Shown: positions 17,794-25,650, numbered from the stretch's first letter. The stretch is 64,000 nt of DNA from Archaeoglobaceae archaeon (GCA_027028145.1 JALVJV010000010.1:6979-70978); one strand, 5' to 3'. Notes: generated from the letters alone by a model not told the origin. A program made the numbers and translations.

Positions 17794-18198
17794 TTATAGA
17801 ATTTGAAGTATCACCTCCCTCCTTCTCGGACGGGTATCGAAATTGATCACTACGATCTGTTGCCATGTTCCGACCAAAAGTTCCCCGTCTTTGAAGGGAA
17901 CGACTATGCTCGGACCTACTATTGCCGCTTTGACGTGGCTCGAACCGTTGTCGTCACCCCAAGTCTTGTGATGCTCGTAGTGTTCGCCATAGGGAGCTAT
18001 CTTATCCATAATGCGCGGAAAATCCTTCTTCAAGCCGGGCTCATACTCGATAGTGGTTACGGCGCCAGTCGATCCCTTTGCAAAAACCAAAACCGCACCT
18101 TCTTTCCTTCCGCTTTCCTTAACGAACTTTCTGACTTCGTCGGTTATGTCCTTCATATCTCCGTGTGCATCCAGATCCACATGCAAAATCCTGATCAT
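17794..18198 (-). CDS. YjbQ/UPF0047 family protein
   Basis: MIRILHVDL...GSTGAVTTIEYEPGL...HVKAAIVGPS...LLVGTWQQIVVINFD. Internal Met at 18198 preferred. Confidence 0.75.
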   Translation of the reverse strand: MIRILHVDLDAHGDMKDITDEVRKFVKESGRKEGAVLVFAKGSTGAVTTIEYEPGLKKDFPRIMDKIAPYGEHYEHHKTWGDDNGSSHVKAAIVGPSIVVPFKDGELLVGTWQQIVVINFDTRPRRREVILQIL

Positions 18199-18265
18199 AT
18201 CATGTCGTCGGTAGTAGCCAACAAAAGTTTTTAGGTTACGGCTGAAGAAATAACGGGGGATCCGA

Positions 18266-18973
18266 ATGAAGGTATTAGTTTGCGGAAAAGGAGGTTGCGG
18301 AAAGAGCACGATAGCGGCGATGTTGGCGAAGTATTTAGCAAACAACGGTTACAGAGTTCTTGTCGTTGACGCGGATGAATCCAACCCCGGACTGTATAGA
18401 ATGCTCGGATTGCAAAAGGCGAAAACTTTGGCAGAATACTTAGGAGGTAAAAAATCCGTAAAGAATGCAATTAAGGATAGCATAAGCCTACCCGAAAGTA
18501 TAGACGAAATTCCGAGTGAAATTTTGTCCGTTAAAGGTAAATTAGCCGTAATCAGTATTGGAAAAATTGAAGATGCCGGAGAGGGTTGCGCTTGTCCGTA
18601 TGCCTTTTTAGCAAAAGAATTCGTGAAAAAGCTAAAGCTGAAGGACGACGAGGTAGTCGTAGTTGATACGGAAGCCGGAGTAGAACATTTCGGTAGGGGA
18701 TTGGATTTATTCGTTGACGTAATAGTAAACGTTGCAGAACCGTCTATGGAATCCGTCGAACTTTCAAACAAAATTATGAAAATGGCCGAAAAGCTTAAAC
18801 TTAAACGTATACTCCTGCTGAACAAGGCATTGCCTAACATTACGGAAAAAATCAGGATCGAGCCGGATGTAGTAATTCCGTTTGATCAAACTCTGATCTA
18901 CGATAGCTTGGAGGGGAGAGAGGTGGAGGTCATGCCGCAGATCGAAGAGCTTTGGCAAAAGATAAAATCCTAA
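18266..18973 (+). CDS. cooC: CooC/MinD-type P-loop ATPase (Ni-insertion accessory protein-like)
   Basis: MKVLVCGKGGCGKSTIAAMLAKYL deviant Walker A, GEGCACP Cys motif, VVVDTEAG. Confidence 0.7.
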   Translation: MKVLVCGKGGCGKSTIAAMLAKYLANNGYRVLVVDADESNPGLYRMLGLQKAKTLAEYLGGKKSVKNAIKDSISLPESIDEIPSEILSVKGKLAVISIGKIEDAGEGCACPYAFLAKEFVKKLKLKDDEVVVVDTEAGVEHFGRGLDLFVDVIVNVAEPSMESVELSNKIMKMAEKLKLKRILLLNKALPNITEKIRIEPDVVIPFDQTLIYDSLEGREVEVMPQIEELWQKIKS

Positions 18974-18991
18974 GATTAATCAAAATTACCG

Positions 18992-19342
18992 ATGAACGTG
19001 TTATACAGGGAGTTCGGGCTAACTGCAAAGGATGCGGCTGAAATTACCGCGGATGTAGTCGAGATAATAAGAAGAAAGCTGAGCGACGAGGAGGCTATAG
19101 AATTCCTAAAAAGCAGATACGAAGGAAATAAGCTACACTTCGCAATACTGATGGTCGGCAGGCTAATAGGGATGTCGTTTGCTCTTCAAGATCCGGAGAA
19201 AGCGAAAGCGATAGTTGCGGACTTTGCAAGGTTGATAAAGATTTTGGAGGAGAAGGGAAGAGAGGAGCTCGTAAGGACACTCGAAAAAGAGATATTAGAG
19301 GAAGTATACGAGAGCGTTGAGAAATTGAAGAGCTATATGTAG
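18992..19342 (+). CDS. Hypothetical small helical protein
   Basis: 116-aa ORF immediately downstream of the cooC-like gene. Confidence 0.5.
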   Translation: MNVLYREFGLTAKDAAEITADVVEIIRRKLSDEEAIEFLKSRYEGNKLHFAILMVGRLIGMSFALQDPEKAKAIVADFARLIKILEEKGREELVRTLEKEILEEVYESVEKLKSYM

Positions 19343-19425
19343 GGATTCGACACATCCACACATATGCCGAAAACCGAGAGTGGGTAGCATAAAGCTTAAA
19401 TTCATTCGATTAAGAATTTACCTTA

Positions 19426-19500
19426 GGGCCCGTAGCTTAGCCAGGTCAGAGCGCCCGGCTCATAACCGGGCGGTCGAGGGTTCAAATCCCTCCGGGCCCA
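19426..19500 (+). tRNA. tRNA with CAU anticodon (elongator Met or Ile2)
   Basis: I folded the cloverleaf by hand: acceptor GGGCCCG/CGGGCCC, anticodon stem CCCGG/CCGGG, loop CTCATAA, T-arm GAGGG TTCAAAT CCCTC, discriminator A. 75 nt, no encoded CCA. Confidence 0.9.
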
Positions 19501-19648
19501 CTCCTACTAACCCGTGTTCTGCTAAAATGATATATTCTCTAAGCTTCGTTTCTACAAATTCCGATAGGTTGGGGATCAACTCCTTAGCTTTAGCTAAAAC
19601 GATCGATGTAATGTCTCGTTCTCTATTCAAGAAATAAAAAGATTCCAC
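19460..19648 (-). pseudogene. Antisense ORF running from downstream DNA into the tRNA 3' half; possible Int(N) remnant of a split SSV-type integrase
   Basis: GTG start at 19648, then 49 stop-free codons in AT-rich DNA. It then reads ...GVGPEGFEPSTARL (tRNA antisense) and stops in the anticodon region. The geometry mirrors the Int(C) fragment at 5117-6001. Confidence 0.3.
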
Positions 19649-20106
19649 CCTTCAAATAAAGTATTCCAAGGTAGAAAAGAATAATTTTCTTAAAAAGTAG
19701 AAATTGATTTTTACAAAGGTCGTATGGATGTCTTGACTCTCTCGGTTTTGTTTTTAATTATTATATAAATCTTTATGCTATCCAATGAGTTCATCTACCT
19801 TCTAATTTTGCCATTTTCTTTAATTTCAGTCTTATTTTCTATACAATACTTGTCCTAAATTAGTTCCCATAAGCATAAATTCAGATTGTTTAGCTCTGAG
19901 CAAAATCCAACCAAATCGTTCTTTATCGTAATTTGTGAGGGATTAATAGCGGTAAGAACTATTTTTAGAGACTGGTGGGATATACGAGATATCATATAAA
20001 CTGGTAGCCTCTTAATAGGATGTGGAGACCCAATACCTGTCATAACTAATAGTAGAGATGTATTATGAAGCTACTACATTTGAACAGAGTCTTACGGATG
20101 AGTATA

Positions 20107-20286
20107 ATTTCCATTCTCTTTCTCTTTATGAGATTCCAGACGACACATTGAGAGATTAGCAAAAGTCCCCAGAGTTAAGCCGAGGAAATAATGTTTCCGT
20201 TCTCTTTATGAGATTCTGGTGCCAAGTTGCTCAAGCCCGACAGCACAGACAAAATTATCGTTGTTTCCGTTCTCTCTATGAGATTC
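20107..20286 (-). CRISPR. CRISPR array 1: 3 repeats (24 nt; the distal one degenerate), 2 spacers (56 and 46 nt)
   Basis: Plus-strand repeats GTTTCCGTTCTCTTTATGAGATTC at 20193-20216 and 20263-20286 (the latter with one T-to-C change). A degenerate copy with a 6-nt duplication lies at 20107-20136. The functional strand is inferred from leader position and the GAAAC 3' end. Confidence 0.85.
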
Positions 20287-20400
20287 CGAACCTCAAATTG
20301 GAGATTTGACACCTTATCTTACTACTTCGACCTTCTTCTATAAAACTGTATTTGGTTGCTATCCCAATCTGACAGAGATATTTAAAGAGCAACTAATCTG
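20287..20400 (-). promoter_or_regulatory. CRISPR leader 1 (conserved proximal about 115 bp)
   Basis: Near-identical to 25533-25650 and to the reverse complement of 33085-33200. Contains TTGGTTGCT (20352-20360) / AGCAACTAA (20388-20396) and TATA-like boxes. Confidence 0.75.
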
Positions 20401-20664
20401 AGAACAATTCTCCATTCACTTAACAGAAACTCCAGAAGCCATGCACAAAATTATAAAAAGAGAGAAACCATTCAAATTTGAATAGAATTAGGATTATTGT
20501 AGTATATCGAAAATTAAATGTTGTTCAGGTTTAAATAAAATCCATCATAGCAGATTTTCTCAAAGGACACGAAATTAGAGATCTAACATATTATATAAGT
20601 TAAAATATTATAAAATATAAATAAAAATATACTCACTAAAATACATTATAAAAGTCTGAGTTGT

Positions 20665-21222
20665 TCAAGCTTGTCTACATATCCAAGCGAATCCACAATT
20701 TTTACACCTTCTGCTCTCTTTATATTCTGGAACCAATCCGATCTCGCAAATTTCTCGAATCTTATTTATTATATACTTCACGTATCTTTTTAGCCCGACG
20801 GTGAGCGGGAACTCCACCGTCTTGTCTTTATACTTGAGCACTACACTTGTAACCCTTCCAAAGTTCTCTTCAACAAGCAAAGCATAAGCTACGGCTTGAT
20901 AAAGATGAGATTTTAGAGTTCTTTTATTGAATTCAATACTCTTAAACTCTACGACCTTATAACCGTTAGGTGCCCTCACGATCGCATCAACATAGCCATA
21001 AATGCCGAGTTTTTCAGATTTTAAATAGACATTTGCCATCTCCTTGCCCCTATAAAACTTCTTATGCTCCTTTAAGCCTTCAATCATGCAATCCGTAACT
21101 TTCTCCTTAATACCCATAACCAAAACGAAGTATGGTATCCTAGGACAGAACAGATAGTATTTGATCATTCCAACCGGGATTTCAAATGAGTATGATTTCC
21201 TCATCTTCTTCAAGCTCCACAT
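20665..21222 (-). CDS. cas4: Cas4 (RecB-like nuclease with Cys cluster)
   Basis: N-terminal YYLFCPRIPYF and C-terminal CKNCGFAWIC Cys motifs. About 180 aa, adjacent to cas2. Confidence 0.85.
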   Translation of the reverse strand: MWSLKKMRKSYSFEIPVGMIKYYLFCPRIPYFVLVMGIKEKVTDCMIEGLKEHKKFYRGKEMANVYLKSEKLGIYGYVDAIVRAPNGYKVVEFKSIEFNKRTLKSHLYQAVAYALLVEENFGRVTSVVLKYKDKTVEFPLTVGLKRYVKYIINKIREICEIGLVPEYKESRRCKNCGFAWICRQA

Positions 21223-21460
21223 CGCCTATTATCTCCCTTAAAGCAAAATCAGCCCTGCACAAAACAAAGATTTGAATGTTTCCCTTACTGTTCCCCAAAA
21301 TCCTCTTAAGCCTTGAGATTAGCTCCTTTCTTTTAGCGGATGGCAAGTCTCCTAAAAATGCGCTCTTCTGGATTCTGCTGAGTCCAAATTGCTTGCAAGC
21401 TTTGGCAACTCTATTTCTTACTATGTCGTCCGTTATATCATAAATTACGAGCGTTATCAT
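21182..21460 (-). CDS. cas2: Cas2
   Basis: MITLVIYDITDD...RVAKACKQFGLSRIQKSAFLG. 92 aa, 4-nt overlap with cas1. Confidence 0.9.
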   Translation of the reverse strand: MITLVIYDITDDIVRNRVAKACKQFGLSRIQKSAFLGDLPSAKRKELISRLKRILGNSKGNIQIFVLCRADFALREIIGDVELEEDEEIILI

Positions 21461-22422
21461 CTCAGTATAAATGGAGTATACCTACCTTTTCCCAACAAAA
21501 ACCTCTCAATCCTCCTAGCTTGCAGTGTTATATGATAGTCTATCGGAAGCTTCCTGTTCTCAAACGTAACCTTCGTATTCAGCCTTTTTTCTATTTCAGA
21601 AATCAGGATTTTCCTACCCTCATAACTCATCTTTCCATCCTTCACATACTCGTCTTTAGCTACCTTAAATACCGCTCTATCTACGACTGGCTGTCTAAAT
21701 TCTTCCATCAAATCTACGACTAAAGCCGGTCTTTTTGGATTCTCTGCATGTAGAAATCCGGCATATGGATCCAGACAAGTCATCTCTACAGCCAGCCAAA
21801 CATGAGACATCAGAACGGCATAACCGTAGTTCAGCATGATGTTGATTGGATAATCTGGATCATCGTATCTCTTCTTCCTCTTATCAAAATCGTAAAATTC
21901 CGATATACCATCCCAATAAAGTTCAGCGGCTTTAGCTTCCTCTCTAATGATTTCATCTCTGTTAAAGCCATCCAGTTCGTCAATTCTGTTAGCTCTTTCC
22001 TTAATCTTGTAGCACAATTCCAAAACATCTTTTCTTCTCCTGTTCTTTGCCATCGACTTCAACAAATAATACTGATTCATGATCTTACCTCTTGCGAAAG
22101 ACTTTGCAAGAAACGCTCCTCTCTCATCTTCTTGAGCTTTATACTGCTCCTTTCTAACCCTAACGTTGGATTTCTTCATGAATGGCATGAATCTGCCCGC
22201 TGGAACGCCGTTGCTATTTAAAATAACTACATCGATGTTGTTTTGGAAAGCCAGCCTTAGAAATGCTGAAGACATGGAAACTCCCTTAGTTGCTATTATC
22301 ACGGCTTCAACGTCTCCCGCAGAGATTTCTCTCTCACTCTCACCATTCTTGATAGATATCATCCCGTTCTTCATACCCAAAAACACACCCCAACCGCTAG
22401 CTATCAGTTTCATTGCAAACAC
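21457..22422 (-). CDS. cas1: Cas1 integrase
   Basis: 321 aa. Alpha-helical C-terminal domain with NIMLNYGYAVL...GFLH....RPALVVDLMEEFR, typical of Cas1. Confidence 0.9.
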   Translation of the reverse strand: MFAMKLIASGWGVFLGMKNGMISIKNGESEREISAGDVEAVIIATKGVSMSSAFLRLAFQNNIDVVILNSNGVPAGRFMPFMKKSNVRVRKEQYKAQEDERGAFLAKSFARGKIMNQYYLLKSMAKNRRRKDVLELCYKIKERANRIDELDGFNRDEIIREEAKAAELYWDGISEFYDFDKRKKRYDDPDYPINIMLNYGYAVLMSHVWLAVEMTCLDPYAGFLHAENPKRPALVVDLMEEFRQPVVDRAVFKVAKDEYVKDGKMSYEGRKILISEIEKRLNTKVTFENRKLPIDYHITLQARRIERFLLGKGRYTPFILR

Positions 22423-23308
22423 CGTAAAAACAACAACTCTTAGGACAAGAATCCGGCTTTCCGGGATCTCTTCCCGAATTTATCAATTCTATCATCTCAT
22501 CTCTTAATTCCAAAAACCTCCTTCTGAGTTCATCTCCTATCAAGATGTGTTTAAGCTTGAAATTGACAAAACCGTTCTTAAACCTTAGATAAATTACGAA
22601 TCCGAAATTCACATCCGTCATTTCATCGGATTCTAACGCTAAAGCGTATCCTGCCAAGGCTATAGCGTTTTGATCTCTAATTTCTCCGCTCTTTAAGTCC
22701 GCTATGGCGTTATACGGAATGAAGAAATCCACCGATAGATTATCGGATAAACCAATTAGACTCCCATCCACCTTCCTTTCAACTATCGGCGGTAAAGCTT
22801 TTCCTACGATACAGTCGGCATCCGCATACGGATATTTAGCTAGAATTCTGTCAACTTGAGAGGCACACTGAATAACGATGTATTTGAAAAGCTTTTTGCA
22901 ATTCTCTCTGATTGAGTTACTTATATTCAATCTATCGCAGATATTGTCAGGTATATCGCTTGAAAACATCTCTTCTACGATTTCAGAGCCATTCACCGGT
23001 TTTTGGTAGATTATTCTCTTTATCTGATACAAAGCTTCCTTAATAACTTCGTGATAGGCTAAACCGATAAGCATATAGACGTTTGGCTTCGGCTTAAATC
23101 CTTCAACGTATTTTAGATAGATGTCCCTCATGGTCCTGCATATTCCACAGAAATCTGAGACAGATAGCTTAACACCATACTCTATCGGCTCAACTGGCGG
23201 GGAATCCCAATTGTAACCCCTCAACTCCTCAGAAATTCCAAACTTCTCAAGTTCCTTCCTCATAACCTTAATCCTTTTTTCAACTTCCAACGTATCTACG
23301 AAGAACAC
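22397..23308 (-). CDS. csa1: Csa1 (Cas4-like, subtype I-A adaptation-associated)
   Basis: LRGYNWDSPPVEP N-terminal motif, RecB-like IADLKSGE, C-terminal CPKSCCFYGVC. 303 aa, directly upstream of cas1. Confidence 0.75.
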   Translation of the reverse strand: MFFVDTLEVEKRIKVMRKELEKFGISEELRGYNWDSPPVEPIEYGVKLSVSDFCGICRTMRDIYLKYVEGFKPKPNVYMLIGLAYHEVIKEALYQIKRIIYQKPVNGSEIVEEMFSSDIPDNICDRLNISNSIRENCKKLFKYIVIQCASQVDRILAKYPYADADCIVGKALPPIVERKVDGSLIGLSDNLSVDFFIPYNAIADLKSGEIRDQNAIALAGYALALESDEMTDVNFGFVIYLRFKNGFVNFKLKHILIGDELRRRFLELRDEMIELINSGRDPGKPDSCPKSCCFYGVCNETDS

Positions 23309-23497
23309 AATACGATCTGGAATTTTTAGCTATATTAGAAATTCTTGTAAACTTCTGTAAGAATTCCAAAATTCTGAAAAATTTTCAGAACTTGAAATCT
23401 AATCTCTTTCCCTAAGGAATTCGAAATCGAAGTGGTGGTAAAACCGGATTCTGATGAGATTTAAAAAAGAGACGAAGGTTGCTTGCATTAATGAGCT

Positions 23498-23521
23498 ATT
23501 ACCGTTCTCTTCATGAGATTC
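23498..23521. repeat. Orphan degenerate CRISPR repeat
   Basis: ATTACCGTTCTCTTCATGAGATTC matches the array consensus at 21 of 24 positions. It lies in the csa1 / CARF-gene divergent intergenic region, 44 nt upstream of ATG 23565. Confidence 0.7.
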
Positions 23522-23564
23522 CGAGGCGTAAGGTATATGATTGTTGTGAGGTTAGATAAGTTAA

Positions 23565-24080
23565 ATGAAAGTTTGGGTTACTACGGTTGGTAAGAAACCC
23601 TTTGCTGTTTTGAATACGATATGGTACTTAGTAAGGAAAGGAGAGTATATTCCTGAGAGGGTCTATCTAATATGGAACGATTTTGTAGAAAAAGAAAAAG
23701 AGATCGTGAAAGAGTTAATTAGGGTGTTGCTCGAAAGTTATGGTATTCATCCAGAGATAATAGCTGATGAAAGTGTTAAAGTGGACGAAGACGATTTTCA
23801 CAATCTGATTAAGATGTTGGCGGAGATTAGAGATAAAGAACTTGCGGAGGGAAACGAGATAGCGGTGGATATGATGCCGGGAAGGAAGTTTATGTCCGCT
23901 CTTTCAATGTATTTAGGCGTTGCTGGCGAGTTGATAAAAAGGAAAAAGAATGTCCACAGAGTTTACTATCTACATTTAAGAGATCTAAGATTTGTAGATA
24001 AACCATTAGTCTTAATACCGTTTAGCGTTCAGAAGTGTTACGAAATGAGGAGGGAGCTCGATGCTCGTGCAAAGAGCTGA
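23565..24080 (+). CDS. Stand-alone minimal CARF-like protein (171 aa)
   Basis: MKVWVTTVGKKPFAVLNTIWYL...RVYLIWND and VDMMPGRKFMSALSMYLG parallel the LGTSPxVVTE / GGRKxM signature of the protein at 34121-34681. Confidence 0.65.
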   Translation: MKVWVTTVGKKPFAVLNTIWYLVRKGEYIPERVYLIWNDFVEKEKEIVKELIRVLLESYGIHPEIIADESVKVDEDDFHNLIKMLAEIRDKELAEGNEIAVDMMPGRKFMSALSMYLGVAGELIKRKKNVHRVYYLHLRDLRFVDKPLVLIPFSVQKCYEMRRELDARAKS

Positions 24081-25083
24081 TTTAATGGTGCTCCTAAACT
24101 ACATTTACGAAGAAGATCCGTGCTTTGAAATAAAAACGAACTTAAGTCTTGATGGTAGAAAAGATGCTCCACTTGCAACGGTTGAATTGAAGGACAGCTA
24201 TGCTCAAGTTGAAACTATCGACGAGAGCACATATGATGAGCTGACATGTAAACATGGGGACTTCTTTCCCAAATACTCGAATTACTTAAATGCTTTAGTT
24301 GCATCTGGTGTTCTGAAGATTAAAGATATAGATGACATTTTCAGCAAGATCGTTAACGAATTTAAGAAGGGATTATACGAGGGAAGACTAAGGCCGTTGT
24401 ATGTTTCTTTTGACACGAACTGTTTTATAAATAGGATAAGCTACCAGCTTGAGAAGTATGCTAAGGAAAAGAATGCTAAGCTTGGAGCGTTAGTTGTGGC
24501 GGAGGGAGTCAAAAGAGAGTTGTTTAAAGAAAAACCTGGCAAATACAAGGAAGAAGAGCTTAGAGTCATTGAAAGGGTGGATAATAGATTTAAGGAATTT
24601 TTGAATCAACCTAAAGTGGAAGAGAGGATTAAGAAGATCAGCAAAGCTGAATACGATAGGTTTAGAAGTATAGTTAGATTTGAAGAGATTCCTTCCGGCG
24701 TAGGAGACAACGAAATAGCTGAAGCTTTGGGTGATTTTTTGAGAAGTAGAAATTGTGATGTGTGGTTAATGACGTTTGACAAAACAATGTATGAGATTTC
24801 CGTTGGGTTTGGAATTTATCCAATATTGTTGAAGTTTCCGTATAGAAAAGAGAGGCTAAAGCTGAAAACCGACTGGGACTGTGTCTGCCATTTGATATAC
24901 ACCACTGCGATAATATTCGGTTTCGTGAATGTAGAGGGTATAATGATGTATGGAATTTGGAAGGGCAAAAATCCAGATGACTGGAATAAAGAAATGGTTA
25001 AGCTTAAGCTGAATAAAGATACTAAACAGCTTAGGATGGACTTGGAAGTGTTGAGCAAGATTAGAAAGATAATAAATTTTTAA
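24061..25083 (+). CDS. PIN-domain protein with extra N- and C-terminal domains (340 aa), CRISPR-associated by context
   Basis: PIN acidic motifs in order: VSFDTNCFINR, VAEGVKREL, GDNEIAEAL, LMTFDKT. Overlaps the CARF-like gene by 20 nt. Confidence 0.65.
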   Translation: MLVQRADLMVLLNYIYEEDPCFEIKTNLSLDGRKDAPLATVELKDSYAQVETIDESTYDELTCKHGDFFPKYSNYLNALVASGVLKIKDIDDIFSKIVNEFKKGLYEGRLRPLYVSFDTNCFINRISYQLEKYAKEKNAKLGALVVAEGVKRELFKEKPGKYKEEELRVIERVDNRFKEFLNQPKVEERIKKISKAEYDRFRSIVRFEEIPSGVGDNEIAEALGDFLRSRNCDVWLMTFDKTMYEISVGFGIYPILLKFPYRKERLKLKTDWDCVCHLIYTTAIIFGFVNVEGIMMYGIWKGKNPDDWNKEMVKLKLNKDTKQLRMDLEVLSKIRKIINF

Positions 25084-25147
25084 TAATAATTGTTTATCGT
25101 TGCTTAATCTATTTGGTATTTTAAAAGGGTTTTGTAAAGTGGAGTTT

Positions 25148-25532
25148 GTTTCCATTCTTTTTATGAGATTCCGAGATTTTGTCGGAAGTTATGAACGGCA
25201 CGGCTGTTGTTGTGGAAAAGTTTCTGTTCTCTTTATGAGATTCACAGCGTTTGAGGGAAATTGCGGAAGCTGAGGGAACTACTATTGCGTTTCTGTTCTC
25301 TTTATGAGATTCGCTATTGCATGTCGTGATATCGGAGGAATTGAACGAAGCTCTCAGTTTCTGTTCTCTCTATGAGATTCATAGATAACATAGTAAAGTC
25401 GGCAAAGCTGACGGATGAGGAAAGTTTCTGTTCTCCTTATGAGATTCTAAGAATAACTCTACCCGTAGCTTCAAACGGAGCGGAAGTCTATATCAGAAGA
25501 AAAACCTAGTTTCTGTTCTCCTTATGAGATTC
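25148..25532 (-). CRISPR. CRISPR array 2: 6 repeats (24 nt), 5 spacers (48, 45, 44, 43, 61 nt)
   Basis: Plus-strand repeats GTTTCTGTTCTCTTTATGAGATTC at 25220, 25289, 25357, 25424 and 25509, with minor variants. A degenerate distal copy lies at 25148-25171. The leader is on the high-coordinate side. Confidence 0.92.
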
Positions 25533-25650
25533 CGAACCTCAAATTGAAGATTTGGCACCTTATTTCGCTTGTTTGATCTCCTCCTATAAAATCATATTGG
25601 TTGCTACCCTATTCAGACGAGGGTATTTAAAGAGCAACCAATCCAAAACC
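25533..25650 (-). promoter_or_regulatory. CRISPR leader 2 (conserved proximal part, followed by about 400 bp of AT-rich DNA)
   Basis: Shares sequence with leaders 1 and 3. Inverted repeat TTGGTTGCT (25597-25605) / AGCAACCAA (25633-25641). TATA-like CCTATAAAA (25583-25591, antisense TTTTATAGG) lies about 50 nt from repeat 1. Confidence 0.75.

Noticed and set aside
19380-19637. Plus-strand ORF through tRNA(CAU); similarly 44689-44937 through tRNA-Gly(GCC) and the first 32 codons of 62240-62605 through tRNA-Gly(UCC)
   Set aside because: These reading frames are made of tRNA sequence (for example AHNRAVEGSNPSGP, ARVQIPARA) and are not protein-coding.
25313-25356. Array-2 spacer GCTATTGCATGTCGTGATATCGG... 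resembling provirus sequence GCTATTGCAAGTCCTATTATTATC (about 4335-4358)
   Set aside because: Only about 15 of 24 positions agree and identity collapses after the first 12 nt. That is compatible with chance in AT-rich DNA and is not evidence of self- or provirus-targeting.
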